64,000 nt of DNA from Vicugna vicugna (lineage: Eukaryota): positions 248,001 to 312,000 of the forward strand of contig MU061560.1 in assembly GCA_013265495.1 (NCBI GenBank), given 5' to 3'. Within the stretch, counting starts at the first letter, position 1. Every line of letters begins with the position of its first letter. The notes beneath the pieces are model-generated. The model ran no database searches, was not told the origin of the DNA, and was given only the letters and a program-made list of their open reading frames with translations. Below are positions 62,630 to 64,000 of the stretch, piece by piece. A program made the position numbers and the translations under genes.

Positions 62630-63490
62630 TTCTCAGGAGTAGCATTCCAGAAGTAGAATTACTGGATCAAATGATATAAGGTTTTCTTTTCTTTTCTTTT
62701 CTTTTTTAAGGTCATATATGTAGCTTTATTGCTTTTCTAGAGGATTAAAGCAGTGTATGCTCTCATTAGTAATGGAAGAGAGTTCCCATTTCACTGAGCC
62801 CTGGAAAGCATTAAGCTTCGTAACTCTTTCAGGTTGCTTATTTGATAGCTAAAGAGTGGCATTTCAGTGTTAATTTATAAGGTCATTGACAATAGGGACA
62901 TGGTTTATCGTCTTCATTACTACATCCTAGCCCAGAGCTTGGCATATAGTAGACATCCAGAAAAAAGAACAAATCAGTGATGAGAAATTTACCGCTTTCA
63001 TTAATTTGTGGAATAATAAATGTGTACATTCACTAATTAAGGAGTAATTGCTACACCTTCATTTTTTGCACGTTTGTTAGGTTTCAGTGTCTCTATTATT
63101 TATGTGTGGTTCAAGAAATTATTGACTTCTTAATCACTTGCTCTGAGTATTCACCCCAGTTTATTTGCCTTTAGATTTTATTTTATTTTTGACACATTGA
63201 ATTTTTGGCAGTTCTGTTTTTAAATCTGCTGCGTGTTTCCTTTGAGATTCCTTTTAGTAGTTTTAAGGGTAGAATGTTTTTTCTTCCTTCTTCTCCCCTT
63301 TACCCGTCTCAAAACTATAAAACTATAATGCTCATTTATATCAGTTTTTATGGTTTAATTTTTACTCTTAACGCTTTAGTTTATGTGAGATTCAGCTTGG
63401 TGTGAGGAACAATGTGAGAGTTTAAATTTAAAATGTTCCCCTAAATGGCTAAATGTCCCAACACCATTTACATCATGATGCTTCTCTTTT
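62630..63490 (-). mobile_element. Old L1ME-like fragments
   Basis: ccagaagtagaattactggatcaaatg...agagttcccatttcac...tcccaacaccattta. Confidence 0.6.
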
Positions 63491-64000
63491 TATAAGAATA
63501 TTAAATTCTATTCTTTGTATTCAAACATCATGAATAGCTTAAACTGAGAGAACTGGGGTAGATTATAGTCTCAAAAAAACCACCCCAGAATATTTTTATA
63601 ATGTTAGCAAAAGAAATGAGAAGAATTAATTGTTAGTAAAGTTATTTTCAATTCAAGGAATGAAAAATAGGCCATATTTAATTATTACTGTTTCCCAGAA
63701 TATACAACATTGATGATTTGACATAGATCTTTTAGACATGATTTATAAGCTTTTAGAATTTGCATATAAGTCCTGGGTTAAGGATTTACATTTATGATGA
63801 ATCTCAATATTTTTACTTTGAGTATCAGAAAAATACAAGAGTGTAATCCAATTTAATTTTATTTCCCCCAGCCTGACTGGTCAGCAGTCGGATTTGATTA
63901 GTTTTCTGTAACCTAACTATTCAGTAGCCTAAGGGTTTCTTACCAGGTTTCTGAATAAATAAAGCATATTTTCAGTCTGAGTGAATTTCTTCATAATTTC

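Overview
Mammalian DNA, almost certainly camelid (alpaca, llama or camel), judged from about 16 copies of a tRNA-Ala(AGC)-derived SINE matching the Tylopoda vic-1 family. The window lies inside BICD1 (+ strand): about 49.6 kb of upstream intron, one 213-nt coding exon (49595-49807, matching BICD1 exon 2), then downstream intron. The only other gene-derived sequence I recognise is a disabled RPL26 processed pseudogene (about 57980-58480). The rest is intronic DNA full of transposons: vic-1-like SINEs, 5'-truncated lineage L1s, older L1M pieces, MIR, L2, MER20, MER3, MaLR LTRs and ERV1 solo LTRs. I see no new protein-coding system. The most unusual signals concern transposon mechanics: (1) an apparently ancient L1MC-type tail nested, with its own target-site duplication (TSD), inside a younger L1; (2) a 201-bp palindromic MITE-like element with a 9-11-bp TSD that I cannot assign to a family; (3) a SINE 5' half broken in the anticodon loop and fused to foreign sequence with an A-rich tail; (4) a SINE pair with a triple TSD, an LTR inside a SINE, a twin-primed L1 and poly(A)-only insertions. 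Repeat family names come from recalled consensus sequences, not a database search, and old-repeat boundaries are approximate.
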